From Camelus dromedarius (taxonomy: Eukaryota), in assembly GCF_036321535.1 (NCBI RefSeq), contig NC_087472.1, forward strand, positions 92,878,001 through 92,942,000: 64,000 nucleotides of DNA, given 5' to 3'. The translations under genes were made by a program, and so were the position numbers. Position 1 is the first letter of the stretch, and each line of letters starts with the position of its first letter. Of this stretch, positions 51,671 through 63,707 are shown piece after piece. The notes under the pieces were generated by a model. It was not told the DNA's origin and searched no databases. It saw nothing but the letters and a program-made list of their open reading frames with translations.

Positions 51671-51723
51671 CTGGTACAACACAATCTGTGATTTTATCCA
51701 TACTTAACAATTTTCTTCTTGAT
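51671..51723 (-). pseudogene. Fossil exon, gene A (53 nt)
   Basis: Acceptor ttttcattcattctccttgtgcag|, donor CAG|gtacca. Phase 2 to 1 is open: SRRKLLSMDKITDCVVP. Confidence 0.7.
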
Positions 51724-51926
51724 CTGCACAAGGAGAATGAATGAAAACATTATAATTTGACAAGGACGAAGGGTGCATAGACAGTATAATGGCTCTCAGA
51801 GATTCTGACCTGACTAGCCCTAAAATGGATATTTTTGTGACATGACCCATATAAGGAAACCCAGGGGATAAGCTGAGCATAAGGGCCACAACCCCCCAAA
51901 ACACGGCTGTTTTATATTATATTTAT

Positions 51927-51965
<39 letters not shown>
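51927..51965. repeat. (AC)n microsatellite
   Basis: About 17 uninterrupted AC units from 51931. Confidence 0.95.
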
Positions 51966-51969
<4 letters not shown>

Positions 51970-52934
51970 CCTATATAACTAATGAAGTTAGGGGTGTGTT
52001 TCTGGGATAGGAAAGGAATGAAAGCTGATAATTTGGCTAGTCTGCCTATTTTTTCCATGGAATAAAAAAAAATCTAATCATGTTATATCCCATTTTTACC
52101 CTACACAAAAGTATTTAACTCTCAATTCTAAGTTATAAGCTCACTACACAGTAGATATTAGTTTGGAGAGATATGAAATCTTTGTGTATGAAAGTGTGGC
52201 TTTTCAAAATGACTCAGTTATTCTTTAAGAAACTGAGAGTCAGAATTGAAAATTAAATGTGAAAAACAAATGAATATCCAGGAGTGTTCTCAAATTTGAT
52301 CTTTGACCACAAGCGGAATTTTAGCCTTTAAAAGTCTTCGGATAGTGATTAAGTTTTGTTGGTGATTTAATTCACAGAAAAGAACTGATTGGAATCAATT
52401 CACTTGTCTACACAGTAGCATTTTTTTTACCCCCAAGTAATGTTCACTAAAACATAAAAACATTTATAGGTTCTATGTTTCCTTTTATAAACTTTGCAAA
52501 AAAGCTATAACCCACTTTTGCTGACAGGATTACTTTTCTCACTGATTAATAAAAAGCATAAATGAATTTTATGATCACATAGATAAAATTTTAGTGAGAA
52601 ATATATATTGCTACTGTTGGATTCCATTTGTCTTTTTTATTTTTAAGCAATCCATGAATAAAATTTTTGTAGGTTAGAGGAATAAATGTTTTCCATGGGA
52701 AAATACCGTTTTTTAAAAATTTGGTACAGTTTGGCATTGTTTGAATTTATGACCACAAACATGAACTTCTTAGGTAATAATAACTTTAAATGATTTTTGT
52801 ATTTAAAGAAAAGCCAGAACATAATATTACATGCAAAATGTTTTAGGAAAACTGGTTTTTTCTAAGATCATCAAAGTAATACATCCTAATTTCAGAACAC
52901 TAAAGACAGAAAAATATTTAAGAAGGCAATTTAC

Positions 52935-53027
52935 TCATGGATTATATTTTTTAAATCTCTTTGTTTTCTTAACTTGGTTTAGTATTCTTATAGTACTTTC
53001 ATAATGTAAAGATACATCTTTAAATAC
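52935..53027 (-). pseudogene. Fossil exon, gene A (93 nt)
   Basis: Acceptor ttttctccacaattaag|, donor GA|gtaaat. Phase 2-2 reads YLKMYLYIMKVL*EY*TKLRKQRDLKNIIH. Confidence 0.65.
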
Positions 53028-53379
53028 CTTAATTGTGGAGAAAACCATAACAGGAAGCAGCCCTGTCCAAAGAAAGGCACATATAGAGATCTGCCACCAT
53101 CCCCTTCCTTCCTAATTTTAGTAATAATGAATAAATAATATAAGTGGCTCATCTAAGATCATTAATTAATACTGATGCTGTGCTTTTCAGTAGGCATTGT
53201 CTATCTCTGGACATGCACATATTTATCAAAGAGCTGAAATATAGTGAATTCAAGAAATGTCTTGGGTGCTATTAAAAAATAAATTAATTAAAGAAGGATA
53301 TGGCCTGGCTCCTGCCCTAAAGATGTTCCTCATCTGCTTAATGATGCAATATACATTGAACAGGAAGAAAACAAGGACT

Positions 53380-53490
53380 GTGAGAGGGTATAGCTCAGCG
53401 GTAGAGCACATGCTTAGCATGCACGAGGTCCTGGGTTCAACCCCCAGTACCTCCATTAAAAATAGAAGAAGCAAAAAGCAAAAGAGGTAT
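53380..53490 (+). mobile_element. tRNA-derived SINE (camelid vic-1-like)
   Basis: A box TAGCTCAGCGG, B box GGTTCAACCCC, A-rich tail. TSD aagaaaacaaggact / aagaaaacaggaatt. Confidence 0.9.
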
Positions 53491-53879
53491 AAGAAAACAG
53501 GAATTTAGCTGGTAGTTTTGGCTAGCGCTGCAACATCAAAGCAGAGAAGGGAGCATTAGGATTAAGCTCTCAGTGTCAAAGAAGACTATATAGAAAGGTT
53601 TTTGCCATAGAAGTAAAATTTTAGTCTAGGAAAGGATGCAGTTTCCAAGGTAGTGTAATATAAAATGACATGAAAGATTAACCCAGACCCACAGAAGAAC
53701 CAGAGAATTAGAGATAAGAAAGGAAGGTGGACTGTCATATGGAGTAGTGTGAGAGTAATCAGAGTGGAGGAAGGAGAGTGACACAGTGCAGGGGATGGCT
53801 GCAAAGGGTGGCTGAAGTTTCTGGTAAAAAAAGATCAAGAAAAAGCCAAGAAAATAATAGACATGAAAAGGCAAATATA

Positions 53880-54300
53880 CGTTTCATTCATTCAGTTATT
53901 ATCTGTAGAGTCTGTATTATTTCCCAGCAGTGTATTAGGTACTGGGGGAGCAAAGAAGAACTATATAGAAATGTCCCAGCTCTCATGGAACTTGGATTCT
54001 TGTTGGGAGAGACAAAAAGCTATATAATAAAGTATCAAATAATAATAGATGCAATTAAGAGAATGATGATAGGTAATGTTGTAGTGAGGGTCTAGGTGTA
54101 CACTTTGGTCTGATAGTCAGGGAAGACTTCTCCAAGGAGTTGCCATTTAATCTGAGACCTTGTATTTCGAGAAAAGCAGGAAAATGTTGACAGAGGGGAC
54201 AGCAGAGGCCCAAAGGTGGAAAATGAATTGAGGGCCTGGCTGGCTAGAGCTTAGTGGGCAAGGTGGAGAGTGCTATAACTTGAGAGATAGATGGGGCCCA
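53880..54300 (-). mobile_element. L2 LINE fragment
   Basis: ttcattcattcag is an antisense L2 tail, followed by typical L2 body sequence. Confidence 0.7.
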
Positions 54301-54627
54301 GGACAAAGTCATGTAAAAGCAACAGATAAATGAAGATGATGCCTTTTCAATTATATAATGGTCTAAATATTTTCAGACTCTTTTAATATGGAATTTTAAC
54401 TTGTTTTTCTTTCCCTCTAAATTGGAAAGAGAGAATGGAAATCTGTTCTCATACTAACTTGAAGCTTAGAAGATTAAGCCCTCCCTGAACACAAAGAAAA
54501 GGGGGATGAATTCAACTTTGGGTTAAATGAGCCATTTAAGTCTATGGTAAAATAAATAGAAGTAAAGTCTGAGGGAAGAGGCAGAGTAGCTTAGAAAGCA
54601 AGAATTCCAATGAGATATGGGACTCAC

Positions 54628-54847
54628 AATGCTCATCAGTCCTCAGTGCTCCTCACCTTCTCCTCAGAGGGGGAGACTGACCTAGAGGTGATGGATTTGA
54701 GGTGAGGCAAAAAAGTGTGGAAAACCAGACATGTAGGCCTGTTCCTGTCTGGAAAGCAGCCAGGACAGCAGAGAGGAAGGTTCTCTGGTAACTATCCTTG
54801 GGGAGACAAGAGGTCCTCCCAAGTGATCTGGTAAGATGGAATGAACT
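54628..54847 (-). pseudogene. Fossil exon, gene A (220 nt)
   Basis: Acceptor tgttttcttaaacag|, donor ATT|gtgagt. Phase 1 to 2 reads EFIPSYQITWEDLLSPQG*LPENLPLCCPGCFPDRNRPTCLVFHTFLPHLKSITSRSVSPSEEKVRSTED**A. Confidence 0.75.
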
Positions 54848-55710
54848 CTGTTTAAGAAAACATTGAAATGCAACATATTTCTTGCAAACCTTACTTTATG
54901 TAATTAGATTCATTTTAGTAAAAATACATAGACAAATTCAAATTTATACAATCATGTTGAATGTCTAAATTGGCATTTCCCAAAATTCAGTGGGATGACA
55001 AGGCTTTATGGAAAAACAAAGAGTGCCCCCTGGTCAAAAACATACAGGAAACACTGGGTTAAAAACTCTTCAGTGTTTTTTTTTAGGTGCAGAATTTCTC
55101 AGAGCCTTTAGTTACACTTTTGTCTCTTATGAACCTCCAAGTAGGAGACACAGAATTCAGCATTTTCCACTGTTAATTGATCAAAGAATCAGAATATTTC
55201 ATAGAACTAATCTTTCTAGAAAAATGCATTGGTATGTAAATGCAGGACTAAACTGTATCATCAACTAAAATGTGAAAAGAGATGTGGACAATGGAGACAA
55301 GTCAATAAACACAACGCAGGTTAACTTGTAGAGTCAGGTACCCACTGCATAAGAGCACTCAAAAATGTTAAACCTTGTTTAGTTCAATATGATAGTCCTT
55401 ACTGTAAATTACGTATAAATCATATGAAGAGAAGCAAGGTTATATGATCAGAATTATTCCATAAATATTTTATGCCACACTCAGCTATTGATATTTATGT
55501 GGCTCAGCTCACTTAAACAATACCATCTTCCACTCTAACCTCTTCAAAAGAGAAGGTTGACATTTTACATCATGTTCTCTATTTACTACCTCCATTTTTA
55601 TAGATTTTAAAATGTATGAAATAATATAAAGGATAAGAGAGCCATATGGTAAAGATTAATTTAAATAACTTTTATTGCATCTGTTAAAATCAGATAAATA
55701 AAACCCTTAT

Positions 55711-55863
55711 CTTAGTTAGTAAAATTAACTATTGCGTCTCTGATGTGTAGATCAAGATCTACAAATAGACCTGCAAATATCCTTGAGTAGGTCCTGGAGC
55801 CATGTACCACTGGCACTGGCCCTTCTCAGTCAACTTCACCCCTTCTTGCTTTGCTGGGATTTC
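55711..55863 (-). pseudogene. Fossil exon, gene A (153 nt)
   Basis: Very strong acceptor ctgaaccttcttttccccacag|, donor decayed to AAG|ataagg. Phase 1-1 reads GNPSKARRGEVD*EGPVPVVHGSRTYSRIFAGLFVDLDLHIRDAIVNFTN*. Confidence 0.75.
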
Positions 55864-56839
55864 CTGTGGGGAAAAGAAGGTTCAGCCAGCAAGGTTACAT
55901 TCTTGCTGAGTCTGTGACTTCAGTCACTGTGATTACCCTTCCCTTCATCACCCAAAAAATAATCTCAAACTACATGGGATTCCCCCTCCCCCATTGTAGT
56001 CTACCCAGAGAGTCTTTCAGTGGCTTAATCTGGAATATGCCTTCCAAATATGCCTTCCAAATTCTGCTAATAAGAAACTGAAACATTAACTTTATAATCT
56101 CAGAATAAGAAATAAGAAGAGTTTATAAAAATATTTTTACAATTAAGTTTCCCTGGCATTTTTGCTGAAAATAAAATTTGCTCTTGATCAAATATTCATT
56201 TAGTCCAATCCAACTAGAGTTAACTTTTGTTACCCAGGTCACCAGAAAGTGCAATTAAACCAAAGTCAAAAAAACAAACAAACCAAAGTGATGTTGAAGT
56301 AGTACATAATGGTCACTGTTATTAAGATAACTTCCATACACTGTGAGTCTCCTAGGAAATCTTTTGTTAAAATAGGCAATTGTACTATAATACATTAAAA
56401 TATAACTTTAGTAACCCATGTATTGTATATATTAACCTACTCCAAATATTCAATCTTCATTCTTTTACTATTTAATATAAAGGTTGAAGGCCACAGGACC
56501 GTATTACTTCACTTTAGAATCGTTGTGTATTGATGTAGCATGTTAAAATCAAATAGTTATATGTTTCATACCTTGAACAAGTAAGATGTAACTATCCCCA
56601 AAGAAATTAACTTTCAAGTCTAAAGCATAAAACAAAGTCCTGACAAAATCGTGTTTATACAAACTATATCACTGAAATGTCTCAAATAAATAAGTAGAAT
56701 CATATACTAGAAGAGACAGGTGTCGGTGGTTAAAAAAGATATCTATTCTTGGAGTATTGGCATGGAGTGCTCACCCATCCCTGTAGGTTCCAGAAAAATG
56801 GAGATGTCAAAGATATGGAAGTGTGACTTTTTAATCTAC

Positions 56840-56893
56840 CATCTTTTAAGTAGCCTCCGAAGTGGACTGGATGGTTGACTGGGATAAAAAATG
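56840..56893 (-). pseudogene. Fossil exon, gene A (54 nt)
   Basis: Acceptor ctctctgtgcttctgcatcactag|, donor ATG|gtagat. Phase 1-1 is open: TFFIPVNHPVHFGGYLKD. Confidence 0.65.
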
Positions 56894-57009
56894 CTAGTGA
56901 TGCAGAAGCACAGAGAGAGAATTGATACTAACTTGCCTCCCCATTTTGAGAATTCAGTTAAAATGGTTTGCAAAATTTCAAGAGTGGAACAGAAGAATAA
57001 TTTACTCAC

Positions 57010-57048
57010 TGCCTTCTTCCCTTGCAAATTACCTGAATGTATTAATAC
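57010..57048 (-). pseudogene. Fossil micro-exon, gene A (39 nt)
   Basis: Acceptor tttgaaatttcag|, donor GCA|gtgagt. Phase 1-1 reads GINTFR*FAREEG. Confidence 0.65.
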
Positions 57049-57617
57049 CTGAAATTTCAAAGTATTAGTTCATTTCTATTAACTACTCTAGACAAAGCAG
57101 AGGAAAGGCCCTGCCTAAGTTCAGTAAGATAGTAAGAGCCCATACCTGGTTGAACTAAGGTTTAAAAATAAGTGATGCCATTGAAAGAGTTCTCTCAACA
57201 ACTGCCAGTTACCAAGCACTTTCTATGAGCTACCCTCTGCTGAAGGTCCATTATCCATGCCAACTTTTTTAATTCTTAAAGCAATCCTTTGATGTCAGTA
57301 CTATTATTATCCTCATTGTAAAGATGAGGACATATTGATAATATACAGCAGAGCTGAAATAGTTTAAGAATAAAAATGTAACAGAATTATCATCTATTCA
57401 TTTATTCAGTAGAATTTGGAAAGTAACTACAGAGAACAGTATGGCAAAGAGCAGGGATTTGTCATTGACAGACCCCTGTCCAAAAGGAGTCTGTAACTCT
57501 TGTTAGGGGTGGCATGGGGTGGGAAGTGATAGTATGGTGCTTACTACCAAATCCACTAAAGATTTTATAAAAGCAGTTTACAGATGAATCAGCCACTTTG
57601 GCACCCGAGGATGTTAC

Positions 57618-57784
57618 CTTTTTTGTCCAGTCACCTTTGTTTTTTCTTTTCCTCCTATTATCTGTTCCTTTCCACTGCCTCCTCCTCCAACATTATTACT
57701 CTTGGTTTTTGTTTTCCTTATTCCCCAGGTACTTAAAACATTATTGAAAGTTTTAAAGTTCTCTGAAGTGTGTCTTGAAATCCC
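57618..57784 (-). pseudogene. Fossil exon, gene A (167 nt)
   Basis: Acceptor tttgcattgtttttcacccag|, donor AAG|gtaaca. The 3' part reads coiled-coil-like MLEEEAVERNR**EEKKKQR*LDKK ending in phase 1. An internal frameshift is probable. Confidence 0.6.
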
Positions 57785-58194
57785 CTGGGTGAAAAACAAT
57801 GCAAATATCAAGTGAAGTAAAGAAAGAAAATTGTAAAGTTTCACAATTTATGAGCACTTCCCTATGACTGTATATTCTATATTTTTCAGCTCTCTATGCA
57901 TTCTCATCAATTCCCTTCCATTGTGGATTTAGTTATAGATAGCTTTTTTTTTATACTGCAATTGTTTAAACCACTTCACGTTGAAATCCATTCCAATTAA
58001 AGTTAGATATTGTTCTAAAGTGACAAAAGAGGTAAGGCTTATGAAAAATGCTCCACTACGAAGAGAAAAATGCTTTTAGTATAAACAGAAAACCATGCAG
58101 CTTTTTAATGTGAATTCTAGAAAATAACTGTCAGTCAGGCTGCTATGATCTGTACAAAGATCTAGGAACAAATCATCACTTTGTAAACACCTAC

Positions 58195-58821
58195 CGAAAA
58201 ATGGAGGTGGTAACCAACAGGGTTTGTGAGAGGTCTGCCTTATCAGAAACTTCTAATTTCATTTTATGACACAATGCTAAAACTAAGAGACATCAGGAAA
58301 ACCATAAATGTAATCTGTTTGGGAGTCCATACTGCTTCTAATATATTTACATCTGACATGAGGATCAACTATCTCAAGCTCCATATGTGAATCTGTCAAA
58401 TTTCCTGGGGGTACTCCTTTCTCAAAGAGTCAAAACAAGGAATTGGGGGAAGAAATGCCACTTAGGAACTCTACTTCCATAAAAGGTTTAAATCAATAAA
58501 GGATCACTGACAAATAAATATGACCTTAAAACAGAATTATTATTATTATAGTTGCTATGATTATTATTTTAAATATTTTAGATATTTGAAGTATAATCCA
58601 GCTTTGAGGCCAGTGGAAGAAGAGATCTGTCCAGGGCCTCAGTCAAATTTCAATCACTTAGAGTTGATATGTGTGTAGCTCTCATTTCTGCCTTTAATTT
58701 GACAGATCTGAGTGTGATTGCTACGTTTCTCCTATTGTCAGTATTTCAAATGTAGATGTCTCATATCTCATGGCAATGGACACACCTGCAGATCTAAGTG
58801 ACTTGCATTTAAGAGTTAAAT
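58195..58821 (-). pseudogene. Two probable fossil exons, gene A (58821 to ~58650; 58524-58195)
   Basis: Strong acceptor ttaactggttttttttcag| followed by DLTLKCKSLRSAGVSIAMRYETSTFEILTIGE. Second acceptor ttctgttttaag| with donor TCG|gtaggt; this exon is more degraded. Confidence 0.45.
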
Positions 58822-59586
58822 CTGAAAAAAAACCAGTTAAATCTGGAGGTGACCCCAACACATACAGTGTCTGACCTTCAAGCTTCCGTGGCCTTTGAGA
58901 GGCTAGCTGAGCTGTTGGCTTCATAGGGAAACTCAGCAGGGCGAGGGCCTGTTGATGGCTTTTATCATTTTGTTAAGAACTTGGAAGTGTGTTTATTATT
59001 TATAGGCCGGTTTCAAAAATGTGGCTATGCTTATTTTTTTTAATTGACTTTAACAAATTAATGCATATGTCTATATGCACAATGGAGATAAGGTATTTCA
59101 ATTAAAGGAAGGCATCCTTTGACAATTGGTTTTTAGAAAGAAAATTATGAAACTATGGTTAAAATATTGCTAATATCTACATTTATTAACCACTTGCTGT
59201 ATATTACACAGTACTAAGCCCTTGGCATATATGCTCCATTTTAATCCTTATATCAACCCTATGAGTGCTTTTACTCATTTTAGATGAGAAGACAGACAAT
59301 AGTGTTTATGTAAAGGGGCCCAAGGTCACAGAGCTAGGATGAGATCTCAAGCAATGGCTTCTTGGGCCTTCATCGTTAACTACAATTAGTATTGTAACGT
59401 AGCTTTAAGAGGTCAACCTTCCAAACACTAAACATTTCTATCTTACCTCAGATTTATTAGTATTTATAATTTATTACTAGTTAATTTATTAGTATTTTTG
59501 AAACATTAATGCATATTACCATATGGGTCACACTTACCCATTATCACCAGCCTTTTTACATTTCACCTTCCATTTCCCAATATTGT

Positions 59587-60335
59587 TGTAGGACCCAAAA
59601 AAAGGGATTCTGGTACTACTTCCAACATGGGGAGGTGTGGTTCCTCCTACACCACCATTAAATTCTTCAGATACCAGCTGAATGTGCTACAATTCAACTC
59701 AATTCTGACGCTATCTACTTGGAGATAGCATCAGATTCCACAGGTTAAGGGTTAAATCTACAAGACTTCCCCCTACCACGCCCTCCCCCACACTTTAGAT
59801 GTCAATCATAATTGTTAAATTATATGGGCTATAGACATCTGTGGTTCCCATGACCCCCTCCTTGGGTTCAATTAATTTGCTAGAGCAGCTCACAGAACTC
59901 AGGAAACCCCTTTACTCACTAGACCACTGGTTTATTATAAAAGGATATCATTCAGAACAGCCAACTGGATGAGATGCATAGATTAAGGCATAGGGAAAGG
60001 GTGCAGGGTTCCCATGCCTGCTCCCAGCGGGGCCCCTCTTCCAGAATCTCTGAGAGTCTCAACCTGGCCCCAAAGGTCAGGGGTGGGACTGAAAGTTCCA
60101 ACCCTCCAATCATATGATTGGCTTCCCTGGCACCCAGCCCCCCTCCTCCCTCTAGTGCTTTCCAGTAGTCACTTCATTAACATAAAAAGTCTTTATCACC
60201 CTTATCATGTAGGAAATGCAAGGGTTTTAGGAGCTGTAAGCCAGGAACTGTGGAAGAAAACCAAATATGTATGAGAAATAAATTTTGGTCATCCGAATAA
60301 CCAAATATATATTTCTTATAAATCATAATATCACA
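59587..60335. mobile_element. MER21-like LTR (opposite orientation to the 32.4-kb copy)
   Basis: aattcaactcaattctgacgctatctacttggagatagcatcag...aaatcataatatcaca. Confidence 0.8.
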
Positions 60336-60597
60336 AACTCACTTATACGGGACCTGATTCCACCGTTAATTTTTTTAAAATCCATAGTCTCATCGTAAGT
60401 ACAGAAAATTATTAATGCTAACATAATTTCTTATAATGAAAGAGAATACGGTATCATTTGAATTTCTCTATTTGAAAAAGTCTCATCCAACATTTAAATT
60501 GTGTAGTATTTTAATGAAATATCTGCTAAAAGTGGGAGTTGTGTGTATGTGTGTGTACTCTCTTCAGTTCCAAAAAACAACTGTGCAGTATTTTTAC

Positions 60598-60695
60598 CTC
60601 CAAATTTTTCCATTTGGTCAAATTTCAGAGCATTTGTTTTGTGGAAAGTTATTTCAAAATATATTTGATATTCGTTTAAGGTCAGACTCTTCATT
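60598..60695 (-). pseudogene. Fossil exon, gene A (98 nt)
   Basis: Acceptor ttgtttgtttgtttttttag|, donor GAG|gtaaaa. Phase 2 to 1 is open (MKSLTLNEYQIYFEITFHKTNALKFDQMEKFG) and matches the phase-1 start of the 58821 exon. Confidence 0.65.
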
Positions 60696-61359
60696 CTAAA
60701 AAAACAAACAAACAACCCACAAACAAGCACAAAAGAAAGCTTAGAGTCTACCTAAGAGCCCAAGACATATAGCCTATTTTTTCCATTAACTTTCAATGTG
60801 ATCTTTTAGGAGAAACTTGCTCATTGATGGCCTCTGTGTTTCCTGCTGGTGAAATCCCACCTTCTCTACTTCAGTGATCAGAGGAAGAAGAAAAGGTAAG
60901 GGTGACCAGGAGAATGTATGAGGAGCATACATTAGGAGCAGCTCAAAGTTTGGGAGCTAAAATAAATTTGAGGACCTAACGCTTCTGTAATGTTCTGTGC
61001 CAGCCTAAATTTAACTTGTGTTGAAAAGCCCATGTTCTCTCAGAGTTAAAATTAATCTGTCTCCATGGTGAGTTCCAATAGAACTGTGGCTGGTTAGCTC
61101 AGCGAGTTAAGAGTATGGCAATGATAAAATCAGAGAAGGTCCCAGAGAACTGCCTTTTGTCCCTTGACCAGCATTGACTCCCCAACTCCAGTCTCACTTA
61201 TGGGCACACCACAGACCTCAGGGGAACTGGGCAAGATCTTGTGAATGGGTCACCACAAGTCAGTCATCTTCTCTGGAGAAATAGCTGGAAATAGCTGAGG
61301 TCTGCAACGCACTAAAGGCACTTCGATAGAGGGCTACCGTCCAAAAGGAAAGGAAGTAC

Positions 61360-61621
61360 ACTGTAAGCCACTGCTTTTCTAAATAAATCCCAGGGACCAC
61401 TTTCATCCACATTTCCACTGGTGCTTTTTAAATGCATGTTTCCAGGCTCTGAGCAGACCTTCTGAATCAGAGTCCCTCTCATTTGCTCAAGGAATCAGCA
61501 TTTTAGAAAGCTCACCAGAGGATTATTGTTTTCCCCAAGATATGAAAACCACTGGTCTAATACATCCCTTATTTCCCTCTGGTAAGAATGTATCCGGTGT
61601 CACATTTGCTGATTATGGAAT
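61360..61621 (-). pseudogene. Fossil exon, gene A, split by a MER5-like insertion
   Basis: Acceptor cttgttctctataccag|. Reads FHNQQM*HRIHSYQREIRDVL [MER5] EKQWLT, with donor |gtactt at 61359. Confidence 0.5.
61385..61554. mobile_element. MER5-like hAT-Charlie MITE
   Basis: cagaccttctgaatcagagtcc...gcattttagaaagctc...tgaaaaccactg. Approximate 8-bp TSD ttctaaat / gtctaata. Confidence 0.75.
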
Positions 61622-61779
61622 CTGGTATAGAGAACAAGCAACACAGGGCCCAAAGTCATGAGGATTATTTTCTAATTCCAGTTCAGACACTAATTAACTA
61701 TGTCATTTTATTTAAGTCTAACCTTAAAATAAAAGCAACTTGAGCCATTTTCTAGACTGAGCACAGGTTCTCCACTTAC

Positions 61780-61825
61780 AGCTGATTCTTCTTTCCCTTC
61801 TCTCCCAAATTCCATTCCAACACAT
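61780..61825 (-). pseudogene. Fossil micro-exon, gene A (46 nt)
   Basis: Acceptor ttgttttatgctttag|, donor GCT|gtaagt. Phase 1 to 2 is open: DVLEWNLGEKGKKNQL. Confidence 0.65.
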
Positions 61826-62128
61826 CTAAAGCATAAAACAAGTTCCTGTTATTAACAGTGATACCCCCTACATACTTCAGAATCATAAATCTAGACTAGA
61901 ATAGCTCCTGATCTTTGAAAGTGACAGGTAAAAATATTAAGAGATTGGTTCAAGATGTACTTGATAGTGTTGCCATTGAAACAAGCATTCAGGTTCCAGG
62001 TTCTGATTTTAACTAATATAAAATTCACCTTTCACTCCTTGAAGAGAAAAATGCCCATACTGACCATAAGAGATGACTGTGAAGACAAAATGAGTGAGAT
62101 ATTATCTATTTTCATAGGTAAAAAGTAT

Positions 62129-62290
62129 CCATCTTTTCTAGCCATTTCCCACTAGTGCTGAAAGCTTTTGCATCTTTGACTTTGCTCATTGTTTTTGTTC
62201 CATAGAAGACCTCTCTTGGCCATTTATGTACAACATAATTCTCACAATCACCAAGGTCTAATCTTCGAGTTGTGCATAACCCAAAATCAA
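62129..62290 (-). pseudogene. 3' part of a fossil exon of gene A, cut by the MER21 LTR
   Basis: Open frame DFGLCTTRRLDLGDCENYVVHKWPREVFYGTKTMSKVKDAKAFSTSGKWLEKM. Decayed donor G|atactt, phase 1. Confidence 0.5.
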
Positions 62291-63057
62291 TGTAGGGAGA
62301 GCAGGTTTCCCTCACACTACCACATAATTATTGGACACTAGGTGGGTGTTTTACAATTCAGCTTAATTCTGACCCTATATACCTGGTGATAACATCAGAT
62401 TCCACAGGCAATAGGCTCAGTCTTACATCTTATAAGACACCCCCTCCCTTTGGCACTTAAGACAGCAATCACACACCTAAGTTGTTACCTGTGCTTCCGA
62501 GTAACTGGCTATAGATCAGAGGTTCCAGTGACCCCTCCTTGGGTTCATTTAATTTGCTATAGAGGCTCACAGAACTTAGAGAAACATTTTACATACCAGA
62601 TCACCAGTTTATTATAAAAGGATTCAACTCAGAAACAGCCAGATGGAAGAGATGCATAGGGAAAGGGATGTGGTAAAGGGCACAGAAGCCCCATGCCCTC
62701 TCCACCACATGCTCACCAACCCAGAAGATCTCTGAACCCCTTAAACCCGGGTTTTAAGGAGGCTTCATTACAAACACATGATTGATTAACTCACTGACCA
62801 CTGCTGATTGATTCAACCTCCAGCTGCTTTCCCCTCCAGGGAGGTTGAAGGAGTTGGGATTGAAAGTTCTAACCCTCCAATCACCCAGTAGCTTCCCTAC
62901 TACACAGCCTTAGGTCCTTTCTAATAGTCACCTCATTAACATAACAAAAACATTGATCATTCTTATCACTTAGGAAATTCCAAGGGTTTCGGGAACTCAC
63001 TGCCAGAAAGGGGGACAAAGACTATGTATGTATTTCTTATTATGTCACAATGTCACA
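62291..63057. mobile_element. MER21-like LTR
   Basis: TG...CA termini, homologous to 59587-60335. Possible decayed TSD atcaa / cttaa. Confidence 0.8.
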
Positions 63058-63609
63058 CTTAACTAATAGACTTTCCTAATATTCCTCTTGCCCAGCTTCC
63101 AATTTAAGTGAGACTCCTTAGCATATCAGCCTTAGACCAGGCAGAGAGGCCCTGCCCTATCCTTCCCTTGAGAGGGTCTAGCCCTGGCCCTGTTCCTGCC
63201 ACGTCACTGCCCTTGGGGCAGGGAATCTAGGGGAACCAAGGAGGCGTGTGCATGCTCAAAGCCCTTGTCTCCCACCTTCCAGACCATATCTAGTACCCCC
63301 AAACTTTAAATGTCCTGCCCAGCAGGCCCTGGGCCCACTACTAGGGCTTCCATGGGTCTCTTCTTCGGTTGCCTTCCTGAGGACAGACCCCATAGTGCTT
63401 TGTGTGCACCTCTACCCTTGAAGAAAAGTCAAAGTACAGGTGTTTGTGAAACAGGGACGTTGGGGGCGGGGTGCTGGATGAAACTTGGATGTGACTGGAT
63501 GTTTGCTTGGCCCTTTGAAATGCAGGAGAGAGCCAGGTGTGGGAAGAGCAGAGGGGTGGGCCACAGCTGGAAGGCCTCTTTTTGTTCAGACCTGAGGCCC
63601 TGACCCCAC

Positions 63610-63690
63610 AAATATTAGTACACCTAAATTTACACAATGTGTCAATCGTAGCTCAATAAAGCTGGAGGGGAAAAAAAAGGAAAAAAGAAG
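63610..63690 (+). mobile_element. Short L1 3' tail
   Basis: acacctaaatttacacaatgtgtcaatcgtagctcaataaagctgg followed by an A-rich tail. Confidence 0.65.
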
Positions 63691-63707
63691 CCTACTTCTT
63701 GGATTCT

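Noticed and set aside
53380..53455. tRNA gene
   Set aside because: A and B boxes are present, but an A-rich tail and TSD show it is a SINE. The same applies to 5534-5687.
18600..55780. Shared VDLDL peptide in exons at 18.6 kb and 55.8 kb suggesting paralogy
   Set aside because: The flanking residues and nucleotides do not align.
62200..62290. DFGL...YVVHKW resembling a kinase activation segment
   Set aside because: There is no HRD motif, APE motif or glycine-rich loop in adjacent exons, so it is treated as coincidence pending an HMM search.
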